Assembly (NCBI RefSeq): GCF_006345805.1
Contig: NC_042999.1
Location: 129,394,001-129,458,000 of the forward strand
Length of the DNA stretch: 64,000 nucleotides
Source: Octopus sinensis
Taxonomy: Eukaryota
Direction of reading: 5' to 3'
Of the stretch, positions 38,740-50,881 are shown piece by piece. The notes beneath the pieces are model-generated. The model was not told where the DNA came from. It did no database searches and saw nothing but the letters and a program-made list of their open reading frames with translations. Every line of letters starts with the position of its first letter. Positions within the stretch are counted from its first letter, which is position 1. The translations under genes and the position numbers were made by a program.

Positions 38740-38859
38740 TCAGGCTGTTCAGAAATTTGGTTGATTAATTTACAATTTGGTCCAACAAAGTGACTGTGTT
38801 CAGGCTGTTCAGAAATTTGGTTCAATAACTTACAACTTGGTTTAGCGAAGTGACTGTGT
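38740..38859. repeat. Diverged 60-bp tandem duplication
   Basis: TCAGGCTGTTCAGAAATTTGGTT starts at 38740 and 38800. Confidence 0.9.
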
Positions 38860-38959
38860 CTGTTGATTTGTAGCATCTTTTCTTTGAGCTCTTCGACTCA
38901 TAAGGCCAGTTATCTGGTTTCCATGGCGTATAAGTAACCAAAATTATAACCCCCACCCC

Positions 38960-39182
38960 TACCTGAACGAAACGCCAGTCCATTGCAGGATTCAAAGCTA
39001 GCAATTTGTAAGGGAAGAGGACAAATCGATTACATCGACTCCAGAATTTGACTTCTTGTTTTATTTTGTCGATCCTGAAGGGATGAAAGGCAAAGCTGAT
39101 CTCGGCGATCTTTGAAGTCAGAACCAAAAGAAATGCCGCTAAGCATTTTGTCTGACGTGCTAACAAATCTACCAGCTCGTCA
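38960..39182 (-). mobile_element. Degenerate short-family SINE
   Basis: GGATGAAAGGCAAAGCTGATCTCGGCG..GCTAAGCATTTTG matches the reverse complement of the family. Confidence 0.8.
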
Positions 39183-39494
39183 CCATAACATTTTCCAGTA
39201 GCTTTCTGTTAATTTATCTAACAGCGACATTTTCAGTGCTAGGGTTACTCATTAGCAGAGCCATTTGAGATCATATTATCTTACGAGAATTTTAGGAAAG
39301 ACTTCGGCAATAGGTTCCTGTTATGTTTCAACAAAATGGGCTAAACAACAACTGAATTTGATCCTTGGATTACCTCTCAAGCAGTTCGTTCCTGTCTTTG
39401 GAGGTTCGCTCCTGTCTTTGGGTAACTGTGAAAGTTACCAATAGCGTTATCACTAAACAAACGCACTAACATATTTAATCGAGGTACCGTAGCC

Positions 39495-39605
39495 GATCAA
39501 TATTTGTCGGCAAGTTTCATCAAATACCGTTCACAACTTTTTGAGTTATTTTGCACACAGACGGATAGATGAAAACATAACTCCCTTCCTTGGCGTAGGT
39601 AAATA
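39495..39605 (-). mobile_element. 5' fragment of a DINE-1/HINE-like element
   Basis: Reverse complement TTATTTACCTACGCCAAGGAAGGGAGTTATGTTTTC.. resembles the start at 1682. Confidence 0.5.
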
Positions 39606-40291
39606 ACAGATAGTAACTGATATTCGAACGTTTTAGCTCTACCAATAGAAGACAGACAGACAGGGGTGAGTGAGAGAAAGAGGGGGAGGGACAGATAAAA
39701 ATCTAAAAAATACCACCGTTATGTAACCACCGTTCTCTCTCTACCTCGATATTTTAATCTATGACCACTTCTCCACCTTTCTCTTATGTGGCACTCTCTC
39801 TCATTCCTTATCTCTATTTCACCTTCTCTGATTTTCTCTCTAGTGTTCTCCCAAATAATATCGATCTCAGCCTCCAGTTAAAATACTTTTCCATATAAAT
39901 ACAAAAATAAAATGATAAAATTAATTTAAACACATTGCTGCTTTACATTTCAAAATAAATGTTAAACATGTTTGACCAAAGGCGGTGCTCCAGCATGGCC
40001 GCAGTCAAATGACTGAAACAAGTAAAAGAGTAAAAGAGTAAATGGGTTTATGGGCCTCCGTTCTGCAGTTTGACACTCACACACATAGACAAGGCGTACA
40101 CACACATGCACACACATACACACACGTGCATCTATATTGTATATATTATATACATATTACATATAATATATGCATGTATGTATATTAACAGTACCGGGTA
40201 AAAAATAAAAAGCCTACTAAATGTTGTGTAATTTAATTCTGTTAGCTGCAACTACAAACTTCCACAAGCATGTGTGTGTGTGTGTGTGTGT

Positions 40292-40416
40292 GTACTTATT
40301 TTATCAATCTATTTTGATAAAAAAAAAACATTTTTAAGTTGCAAATTTTAACAAAACGAACGCAATTATACACCGAAAATTTTTTTTTTATCAAAATAGA
40401 TTGATAAAATAAGTAC
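40292..40416. repeat. ~36-bp perfect inverted duplication of SINE-derived sequence
   Basis: GTACTTATTTTATCAATCTATTTTGATA(A)n vs (T)nATCAAAATAGATTGATAAAATAAGTAC. Confidence 0.9.
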
Positions 40417-41746
40417 CAGATCTGAAAGTACTTGGATCGATATTACCGATTAAAATCTTTGACGGTAGTGCTCCAGCATGGTCGTAGTCAAATGACTGAA
40501 AACAGTAAAAAATTTTTTAAAAATAGCGATGAAGGTGATAAGGATTTCTAATTTCAGCCTACAACCATATTTTATTATTATTTTTATTTTTTTGTCTTTT
40601 GACGTTCATGATTTCGTTTAAAGGTTTCTATTAACATTTATATCTTTTCCTGGAAATCATTACTCGCATAATGAGAAATAAATTGGCTTCAACCTGACTA
40701 GCAGAAGCTTGGCTCTTGCGTTTTAATAAATAAATAAAATGAACTATGCGTGTTTAATTATTTTAATTCATACCACGAAGAAATCGATAAACTTCCGTTT
40801 TGGTCCTCTATTGCTAAAAAAATTTGCGAAATACTGAAGTACTGGAATATTATTGCGACAATCGATAGGTTCCTGCTTGATTATTCTTACTGACTTTCAT
40901 TTCCCCATAGGATTTTGCTGCTTTGATTGTTGGCGACGAGAAATCTACTCCAGATCAATATACATCATGAAAATACACCATCGAAATAAACATTAATTTT
41001 CATAGATCATTTTGTTGAAGTTGTTGTTGTTCCACTTCAGGTCAACTTTGATCAAAATCTTTGATCAGAGACATTTCAATCGAAATCATTCAGTCATTTT
41101 AGGTTATCTCGGATGAGATTATCAAATGTCTTCGTCTATTTTTAAGATGCTAGGTAGTGATATGAGAGAAATTTGACTTGTATCTCTACAAGTTGGGAGA
41201 CCACGTTGAATTTCTCCCGTTGCTCTGTAATAAGTAATGTTTAATCAGATGGTCGAAAAATAATGTTCGACTGAAGGTTTGAGTGTTCGTATCATGACGT
41301 TGGCAAACGCAAGGCACCCCATACTCAGTATGTTAGTTACCTGACAACTGAGCTGAGAAAAATTGGTAGAGAAATACTGAATTAAACAGAGATTGGTACT
41401 GATTTCGATAGTTCACAATATCGAAATCGAATTCTTTCACTGAATATCACAACAGCGTATATTCTAGCTATTAATATCAGGATGCATGTGATACAACACT
41501 GATGAGCGAATTTTCACCCTTATGTAAGCCGGTTGTTGAGTCTTAGCAACATTCGTTAAAGACTTTGAAGTGCGGATCTTTTATTCTTAATTTTTTTTTA
41601 TGACAGTTAATTCAGCGAATCAAACACAGACACAGTTCTATGTCCCGAAGAGAAAGATTCCTTCTCAATCAGCGTTTGCCTCTTCAGAATTCAGTTGTTG
41701 GTTTTGCACGTTTAAAAGTTTTCTGATCGGTATTCCAAACCCCAAA

Positions 41747-41982
41747 GGCGGCGAGCCGGCAGAATTGTTAGCACGCCGGGCGAAATGCGTAGCCGTATTT
41801 CGTCTGCCGTTACGTTCTGAGTTCAAATTCCGCCGAGGTCGACTTTGCTTTTCATCCTTTCGGGGTCGATAAATTAAGTACCAGTTACGCACTGGGACCG
41901 ATGTAATCGACTTAATCCGTTTGTCTGTCCTTGTTTGTCCCCTCTGTGTTTAGCCCCTTGTGGGTCGTAAAGAAATAGGTAT
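41747..41982 (+). mobile_element. Full short-family tRNA-derived SINE with 16-bp TSD
   Basis: A-box-like GAGCCGGCAGAATTG and B box GTTCAAATTCC. TSD GGTATTCCAAACCCCA (41729-41744) / GGTATTCCAGACCCCA (41978-41993). Confidence 0.92.
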
Positions 41983-44460
41983 TCCAGACCCCAGTAGACT
42001 CTACGCCCTCATAAACTTTGTATCACACAGAGCATTCGAATTTAATGACGTAAATTGTAAAGTTCTGAAGATTCGAAAATAACATGCGGCACTTGGAAAC
42101 AGCAGTATCACACACTAAGTAATTAGACTTTGCTCAAAGGAATGCTGGCGTTATAATCAGGATCTCTTCGTAAAGGTGAGCACTCCTACAAAGAACACTG
42201 AAGAGGAAACAGTAGTTGCTTCGCTGAAATGTTTTTTTCTTCTTCCCTCGAGTGAGTATTAATTAAAATAGTAAGCAACAGGAATTGTCGATGTCACATT
42301 TGTCAGAAAAAAGAAAGAACAAAAACTGTTTTTATCCGGTGAGCAAATCAGAGGATAAACCAGTATCTAATGCATTAATTTCTTCAACTTTTGTTAAGTT
42401 TTTCTTTTTGGCTCTTCAGGAACATCCTTTATGTTGTGTACTCGTCATTATTGGCAAAATCGTTCGAACGTCTGACATAATGCAATGCGTTTTTTTTTTA
42501 AGTTACAATTCTTTACGATCTGAATTGAAATCCCACCGAGGCCAACTTTGCCTTTCAGTATTCTTCAGTCAACGAAATAAAGTATCTATCATGTACTAGG
42601 GCCTGATTTAAGTGACTAAACCACTCCACAAAGAATTGTGACTTTGTGCAAATGTTAAAAATTATCATTTTGATTAACAACCACTCAGTGAATTTCAGAT
42701 GGCAGAACACTGATAATTTTATCCGCGCTAATATGGCTAAGCAGAAGCAGCGTTAGATTAGCGTTGATATAGCTTAGTTCCTGTATTATGAAGTTGATTC
42801 AAGGCAATGTTAATATTCGAAGTTGATATTCGATGTGCTGAGTAGTTGTACAAATAGCGGTCACTCTCCGTTATATTCCGCTCAGATGTTCAGATATAAC
42901 ATTTGGACAGGTTCACGCCTCACCATTCTTGAGCAGCGTTTAAAGTTAATCCTGAAACTTCTTTAGTTTTGTCAAATTTTGCTTGTCTGAAGATTCATTT
43001 TGTTACACTCTTCATTAATTTAACCCCATTTGAAGGTATTATATAGGCGATTGAACATATATGACATGACACAAACTACTTAGACATTGTGCTACAACCA
43101 TAACTAACCATACAGAGTTCATGTTGTTATAGTAAGGAAGTAAAATCACAAATTATACCTTGGCCTTCAGTTTTCAATGGCTATCAAAATTTTAACTTTT
43201 CTCGACTTTTTTCATTAGATGGAAAATTACAGTAAATGGGTAGTACATTTTCCCTTTTTTTGACCAACATTCAAGGGAGACATTCTAGGGAGACATTTTA
43301 CTCACATTACTCACCAACAAAACTTATTTATGTTTGATAAATTTCGTAAATTCAAAATAAGAATGAAAAAGATTGTGCTGAAGATTGGAATAGTCTTCAT
43401 GTAGTTTTGACACTTTCTATCAATGTGGAAAGTAGAATCTCAGATTACTAAAATTATCCCTGCAATTGATAGGCAAAGGCTCTTTCTAGGGGCATTTCAA
43501 ATCTAAAAACGACAACCAAGCAAGAAAACTTTAGTAATATAGTTGATAATGATTTGATTAGTCCACTGGGTATTATTGCGGATATCTAAGTTCTTCAGTT
43601 TCTTTCAGTGGAAATGCTATATCTCGATGCCGTTTTAGTATCAATGATATTAAAAGTATGAACAATCGTAACTCCTAAGTAATTTCATTTAAACAGTATT
43701 GAAACGAGTATTAAAAAAAAAAGACAGCTTTGCGGCTCACGAAGAGTTTATTTCAGTTCATAACGAGAATGTTGCAGGCTTGTGCTCCTTTTCAAATTCT
43801 GAAAGCAAATGTTTGAAGGAGAGCAATTCTTTTTAAAAATCAGATGGAGAACAACACTACATATTGTGATCCAGAATGCATAAAAATTATTGAAGATTTT
43901 ATCCTAGAATGTAGTATGCCATTATTTATAGTGATCTAAGCAAAAAGAAAAAAAAAAAACTATAAGAATGTTGAACTGAACCACATTAAGTTTTTACATC
44001 ACAAATACTACCCCAAGTTATAGACAAGAAGGAAAAATGTTGAAAGTATAAATTGTAAAATTTATGACAGTTGGTATTTTGGCAATTGAGTTTATTCTAA
44101 TAGAACCGAAAGAACATCAGAGCAAAGAAGACAAAAACAATTTAACGGCAACAATCTGTACTATGGTCAGATTGTTATTTCGAATGTGAAAAGAAAAAAA
44201 AATCTTGTGATTTTTTATCAAATGTTCGCAATACAGAAAAGTAATTTTAACGAAATTAAGATTACGACGAAATAGGTCTTTTTATTCTGTTAAGAATATT
44301 AGGTTGATCCCAACGAATCAAAACAGATGAAAAGGTTAAAAAAAAACAGCATAGAATAAATATGCAATGGTTAAACTGTAACAGCACATCTAAGTTTTCC
44401 AAGTGTAATATATAAGGCGGAGACCGCCAGTTGTAACGGTATAATTGTAGCTGGTGGATT

Positions 44461-44972
44461 GTGGCAGGTTGGGATGTAGCATAGTGATGTTACAAGTTAG
44501 AGAAGTGGCTCAGAAATGCTTTATATCGCATAGTTAATCATTTCTGAAAGAAAAATGGCGCAAAATAATTTTTATCATGAATTTTATTCAACCATTACGA
44601 AATTTTTTACAACTACGAGTTGACTGTAAATAAAAATGTTAGTAGGTCTGGTACTAAGTTTACGGGAAGCTCGAACGAAGTTACCACAATTGACAAGTTA
44701 GCTGTTCTGCTAGTGGCAGGTTGGGATGTAGCATAGTGATGTTACAAGTTAGAGAAGTGGCTCAGAAATGCTTTATATCGCATAGTTAATCATTTCTGAA
44801 AGAAAAATGGCGCAAAATAATTTTTATCATGAATTTTATTCAACCATTACGAAATTTTTTACAACTACGAGTTGACTGTAAATAAAAATGTTAGTAGGTC
44901 TGGTACTAAGTTTACGGGAAGCTCGAACGAAGTTACCACAATTGACAAGTTAGCTGTTCTGCTAGTGGCAGG
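44461..44972. repeat. Apparently perfect 252-bp tandem duplication
   Basis: GTGGCAGG at 44461, 44713 and 44965. I found no difference between the units by eye. Confidence 0.95.
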
Positions 44973-45339
44973 GTAGAGACAAAGAAAGGGATGGGAAGAG
45001 AGAGAGAGAGAGAGGGAGAGAGAGAGAGTAGTTAACTCTTTGAAACTAGCCAAGGAAAGAGAATACTGGTGAAATAGATACTTCCAGTGGGGCAGAAAAC
45101 CAGGACTTTCCTCCATGGTCATAAATAACAGACGGACGCCAGAAAAAAAATGAAGAGAAAATTCGTTAGCGTTGATGGTAATTTTTGCTAAAAGCAAGAG
45201 AACTTAGAAATTCAAATTGATTAATAATTGAATGGGGACATGGAGCGCGTGAGTAACTCCGATCTTTGGTAAGTACTGGACCTCTTCAGTGAAGACTATG
45301 ACAATATAAATATGTATATATAGGCTTAATTTTCGCAGG

Positions 45340-46043
45340 CGTCCCCGACATCTGAACATTTCCCCAGCCGATCTCTCGGCCCTTCGATGTCTCTGACGTT
45401 GCAAAAACATTATCATAAAACCGGCTGACAAGGGTGGAGCCGTGGTGATGTGGAGCGCAGACCTTTACAAGGTTGAAGCTCTCCGCCAGCTTCAAGACAC
45501 CTCCTTCTATTGCCCTCTGCCCTCCAACCATGCCTAAAAATTAATAGACTGTGTCCTCCACTACCCATGACCTCATGTCCTCCTCCCGTCTTCCTCCCAC
45601 CGCCTCCAAACTCATTGTCCGCACTCCTCGCACCCCCACCGTTTACTTCCTTTCCAAAATCCATAAATCCAACAATGCACACACACAGACGCACACACAC
45701 GCACACATCCACACATCAGAGTCACCAGCCCCTATCCACACTTAAATACTTAAACACTCTCACATACACACGCATGCGCACCTTCGTTTTGGGATCACCA
45801 GTACTTTATTATCTCCCCTTCTTCCTAGCTCTACCCTCTAACTACCTTTGTCCAACCAGTCGCCATGATTGACCGTTATATCCATAATTTTTTTATTCTC
45901 TCTCTCTTTGTTTCCTTGTGTTCCTTTCTGTTGAAGAGCGTAGGCTCGAAACGTAAAAGACTCTCACCTTCCCGAGCATCAAACTAATATACCTGTTTGT
46001 TGTTTATACATCTCTCTTCGTCTTTTCTTTTCCTGTAAATTTC

Positions 46044-46046
<3 letters not shown>
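45340..46046 (+). mobile_element. Internally deleted Penelope-like element (RT N-terminal fragment fused to pLTR with hammerhead-like motif)
   Basis: NIIIKPADKGGAVVMW..EALRQLQDTSFY and PRTPTVYFLSKIHK are Penelope RT motifs. A 3' end with CTGTTGAAGAGCGTAGGCTCGAAACGTAAAAG follows directly and ends in (TA)n. Confidence 0.85.
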
Positions 46047-46098
<52 letters not shown>

Positions 46099-46143
46099 AT
46101 ATATATACAAAGGAGGGGAGGGTGTTTCTTTGCAGGAAAAAAT

Positions 46144-46523
46144 ATAGGGAGATGTGTTGTTGAAAATGCACCTAAATTTCAAAAACTCGTATTTCTTTAA
46201 AATACATTCATTTACATATATACCAAACTAGTTTCAACAATATTTTTTGTTTATCAATGGTAAAAGTTTAAATTATGAATTAGAAAACCATCTTTGTTTA
46301 GCAATGGTAAAAGTATAAAATTATGAATTAGAAAAACATCTTTAAAAGTTTCAATGTTGGCAAATTAAAATTGAAACTTTTAAAGATGTTTTTCTAATCC
46401 ATAATTTTAAGCTTTTACCATTAATAAACAAAAAAATATTGTTAAAACTAGTTGGTAAATAAATGTATTTTAAATAATTACGAGCTTTTGAAATTTAGGT
46501 GCATTTTCAACAACACGTTTTCC

Positions 46524-46525
<2 letters not shown>
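46144..46525. mobile_element. Foldback (near-complete palindrome) MITE in (TA)n
   Basis: Arms TAGG..GTGTTGTTGAAAATGCACCTAAATTTCAAAA are mirrored around a 14-nt loop (46356-46369). ~47-bp tandem duplication in the left arm. Confidence 0.85.
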
Positions 46526-46564
<39 letters not shown>

Positions 46565-47595
46565 TAATGTAAAGACATATACTCATAAGGCAACTGAAAA
46601 TAATGACAACGGAAAAATTCTAAAATTCTAGTATATTAATTTATGTTTCTCCAAAGAAAAGAATCTTAATTATTGACATTCTGGTTTACGTATAATCTGA
46701 ACACAAAATTCAAATCACTTGACATATTTATCTCTATGATTGCGTAACTGCTTTAATATATTGAAGTTGAACTTTAGATTTTGAATAAAGAGAAAACCAG
46801 GATTGTTTTTATCTTGTGTTTTTCTTTTCTTGGATAGTTGGATCACAGAACAGTTAAGTGTAGCGAAGTCTAAATGTGGTCTGCCATTTTCTAGAGGAGT
46901 GTTCGTCGTAAGTAAATAACATTCTAAATAAAGGCCGTTAAAAGTAGACATATTGAGAATAACTTTGTAAACTAGTCATTCTAATTACAAGAATGAGAAC
47001 CGGTTTTTAGAAATCGTATTGAAATTACAATTGCTCAAATAAACTACATAAAGCGAAACGTGCGATTCATAAAAGATATCTTGTTCCTGACTTATTGCTG
47101 CAAAACGTTTGAAATGCGAAAACAAATACAAAACTTTGGCGATTTATATTAAAAGTGGTGGTGGGATAGAGATGCATGAAACATGAACACAGTACATTAT
47201 CATAACTATAAATTCGTGACTTCGTTGTTTTATTTGTAAGATTTAGGTGAATTATTGTTTGTACTTTATTAATCAGAAAACGTGTCAGTCAATTTATAGA
47301 GACACCTACACTATAAATACGAGACAGGTAAACTTCGGCATTTGTTGAACTGAGTTTAGGTCACATCTAGGCAGCTCACGTGGCTTCTAAGTTTCAGCGC
47401 TCACGTGAGAAGGTAATTTACGGGATAGATTTGTGAAATGAATAGACTTAATGGAAAATAAGGAGCTTTCAGGATAACACTGTTCATCCTTACGTGTACG
47501 ACGAGTAGGGGAATATATAAAATACTTTCTTGAAGCAGCGTGGTCGTAGTCGAATACCGTAATGAGCACCAGATGAGTAGGATAAAAAGTTTCAC

Positions 47596-47650
<55 letters not shown>

Positions 47651-47865
47651 GCGCGCATCTATGTTGTAAATTTGCTCGACTAAAGGCGGTGCTCCATCAT
47701 GGCCACAGTCAAATGTCTGAAACAAGTAAAAAAGTAAAAGAGTACTATATATATGTATATGTGTGTGTATACGTATACATGTATGCATATACATACACCC
47801 ACGCACGCACACACACGCACGCACGCACATACGCACACACACACACACGCACATATATATATATA

Positions 47866-49068
47866 TCGTCGGCTCCAGCTCGTATCCGAGCATTGGGTTC
47901 GTCAGTTTCTATCCAATTTCCTCAGTTGATGTTTGTGCCGAACGTAACTTTGGAGTCAAGTCGGTGGTGAAAAAGTCGTGGGCAGAATTCGCACAGGATG
48001 GTCGGTGCGAGTCACCTCCTCATTCTGTCGTCTGTTTTGCGCGAAGGAGCTGGCTCTATAGTGGATAGCAGCCCTCCAGGCTGTCCTATCCATGGCAATC
48101 TCTTCCTATGAGAATGGCTGGATGTTAATTTGAGCCAGGGTCCACTTGAGCTGGTCTTTAAAACGGAATTTCGAACCTCCTCTGGGTTTTGTTCCGATTG
48201 CAAGTTCGTAGAGCATGATCCCCGGGAGACGAGTGGGCTCCATACGCTGGATGTGATCTGCCCAGCGGAGATGAGGGCGAAGAATGGTGGCTTCGACGCT
48301 TGGTGGTGAGGCACGGTGAAGAACCTCGTTGTTGGTAATGTGATTTTATCATCGTATATTGATCTGTCGTAGCGTGGATAGCTGGAAGCATTCAAGGCGC
48401 TTGAAGTCATGGCGGTACAGCGTCCAAGTCTCACAAGCGTAGAGAAGAACTGATAGGACAAAGGCACGGAAGATCATGATCTTTGTCCAGATGATCAGCT
48501 CGTGATTGAAAAATACACATTGGCTGAATCTACCGAAGCCGGAGTGAGCCGCCCTGATCCGGTTCTCTACGTCCTTTTCCCACGTGAGGGTCTTTGAAAG
48601 GATACTCCCAAGATATGAGAAGTGGTCTTTGATGCTAATGTAATTGGATGGACTGTTCTAGCTTGGTGCAAGTTGGATCAGGGTCTTGGTCTTGAATGTG
48701 TTTACCTGCATCACGAAGCCTTCGTAAGCCGCGTTGTAAAGATCGGCTGTCCTTTGTAGGCCATCTACGGTCCGGTTCGGTGTGGCATCGTTGTCGGCAT
48801 ACTACATCTCACGGACTGAGATGGCGGAGGTCCTCGTCTTTGCGCGGAGATGTGCGAGATTGAAGAGCCCGCCATCCAAGCGAAAGCGCATGTTGATGGA
48901 AGGCGAGTCTAGTGGGATTTCGTTGAATATGGCGACATTGTACAAAGAGAAACAGGTTGGTGCCAGGACGCATCCTTGCTTAAGGCCCCTAGTGATGGGA
49001 AACGGATCTGTGAGAGCATTTTGATGGCATACCCTACCCACCATGCCGTCATGAAGGGAGTGGACCAA
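47866..49068 (-). mobile_element. 5'-truncated BovB-like RTE LINE, defective
   Basis: [46 protein letters not shown], and a C-terminal CEFC Zn-finger remnant. Confidence 0.92.
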
Positions 49069-49096
49069 ATATATATATATATATATATATATAAAG

Positions 49097-49144
<48 letters not shown>

Positions 49145-49225
49145 ACGTATATATACATATGCAGATGTATATATATGTACTCATACACACACCCACCTAT
49201 ATATATATATATATATATATACACA

Positions 49226-49548
49226 TAAGGAGCACTCCGTCGGTTACGACGACAAGGGTCCTAGATGATACGATCAACGGAACAGCTTGCTCATGAAATT
49301 AACGTGCAAGTGGCTGAGCACTCCACAGACACGTGTACCCTTAACGTAGTTCTCAGGGATATTCAGCGTGACACAATGTGTGACAAGGCCGGCCTTTTGA
49401 AATACAGGTACTACTCATTTTGGGCAGCTGAGTGAACTGGAGCAACGTGAAATAAAGTGTCTTGCTGAAGGAGACAACGCCGGGAATTGAACTCACGACC
49501 TTACGATCGTAAACCGAATGTCCTAACCACTAAGCCACGCGCTTTCAC
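49226..49548 (-). mobile_element. tRNA-derived SINE (third family)
   Basis: Minus-strand A box TGGCTTAGTGG and B box GTTCAATTCC, then a CTCCAGTTCACTCAGCTG central box. Confidence 0.9.
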
Positions 49549-49848
49549 ACATATAAATACGTACACAACACACACACATATAAATACACACACATAGACG
49601 CACACACACATATATATTGATAATAGTAACCAAATTTCTCTTAATTTATGCCTTACTGTCTGTCAAATAGAGGAAGACAGAAAATTGCACGAAAGAGACA
49701 TGCAAGAAGTTTGAAAAGAGTGGGTGTATTAGTAAAAGAAAGATTCGAAATACGTTTGTGTGACGTCAAACTCTCTGTTTTTCTTGTTTCCTGCAGTCTT
49801 TCTTTAATCTTTCCTTTTTTTTTGTCTCTCACTGACATAGTGGAACAG

Positions 49849-49850
<2 letters not shown>

Positions 49851-49907
<57 letters not shown>

Positions 49908-49959
49908 GCAGACAGACATGAAAGGAGTGGCACACATGGAGAGCAAGGAAGAGAGAGAG

Positions 49960-49991
<32 letters not shown>
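49851..49991. repeat. (GA)n microsatellites; other large SSRs at 4831-4878 (TA), 35486-35562 (GT/GA), 50822-50877 (CT), 52428-52510 (CT/CA), 58126-58191 (CA), 60112-60220
   Basis: Directly visible dinucleotide runs. Confidence 0.98.
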
Positions 49992-49994
<3 letters not shown>

Positions 49995-50829
49995 TTGTAT
50001 TGGTTTGTTTATATTTTTACAGCTGTCATTACGGCAGCTATCTGTTATTAGAAGCACTCACTGGATTTCAAAGTTTTGAAACTCCACAAGTAGTAGCCAC
50101 CAGCATCTATTGATGTGCATATGTAAAGGCATTAGTTTTTACATGTTACCTCAGCCTGTTAGAGACAGAAAGCAAATCTCCTTTAAATTCTACCCAACAA
50201 TATTACGTGCATATATATGTATGGGTCAACGGCGGAAACTCTGTATGTTGTGATGGCAGTCAAATCTCCCTCAAATTACAACATAATATCTAATGTATAT
50301 ATTTATGCTTGAGCCGTCTATACAGATATCTGTATTTCAATTACATCTAATAGAAATAGTAGCGAAATACAGTTTTCTACTCTCTTACCTATGTATAAGC
50401 CAACAAGGGAACTGCTACATGGTGACCAGACCTGAAAGAAATAGTTGCCAAATTTCCCTCAAATCACCCCACTATTTTAAGTATGTATGCATGTATGCAT
50501 GTGTGTATGTACGAGTCAACGATCATTTTTACTTGAATATATTTTTACAGCATTAATAACATCCTCTTTTTTTGTCATTCATTTCGAAGGAATTTCCGAC
50601 CGCTTTTCTGAAGCAGTGAGTCGTTAAGGAAAGGTCACAAATTACACGACTCGCTCTTTGCTCTTTTTCCTCTCTCATACCCTTGACATTAGCGTCTGTT
50701 GCATCCCTTCTCTCTCTCTCATAGCTATCAGCTATGTCTCCCTCTCTCTAACGGTGATAAGTCTGACAAACGGTCTCTCCTTTAATTATTTTTTGAATGT
50801 TATATCACGTCAAAGCAACAATAATCTCT

Positions 50830-50881
<52 letters not shown>

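Noticed and set aside
43300-44300. Possible ancient hAT transposase (RWRTT-like motif near 43845)
   Set aside because: Single weak motif, with no TIRs or supporting frame.
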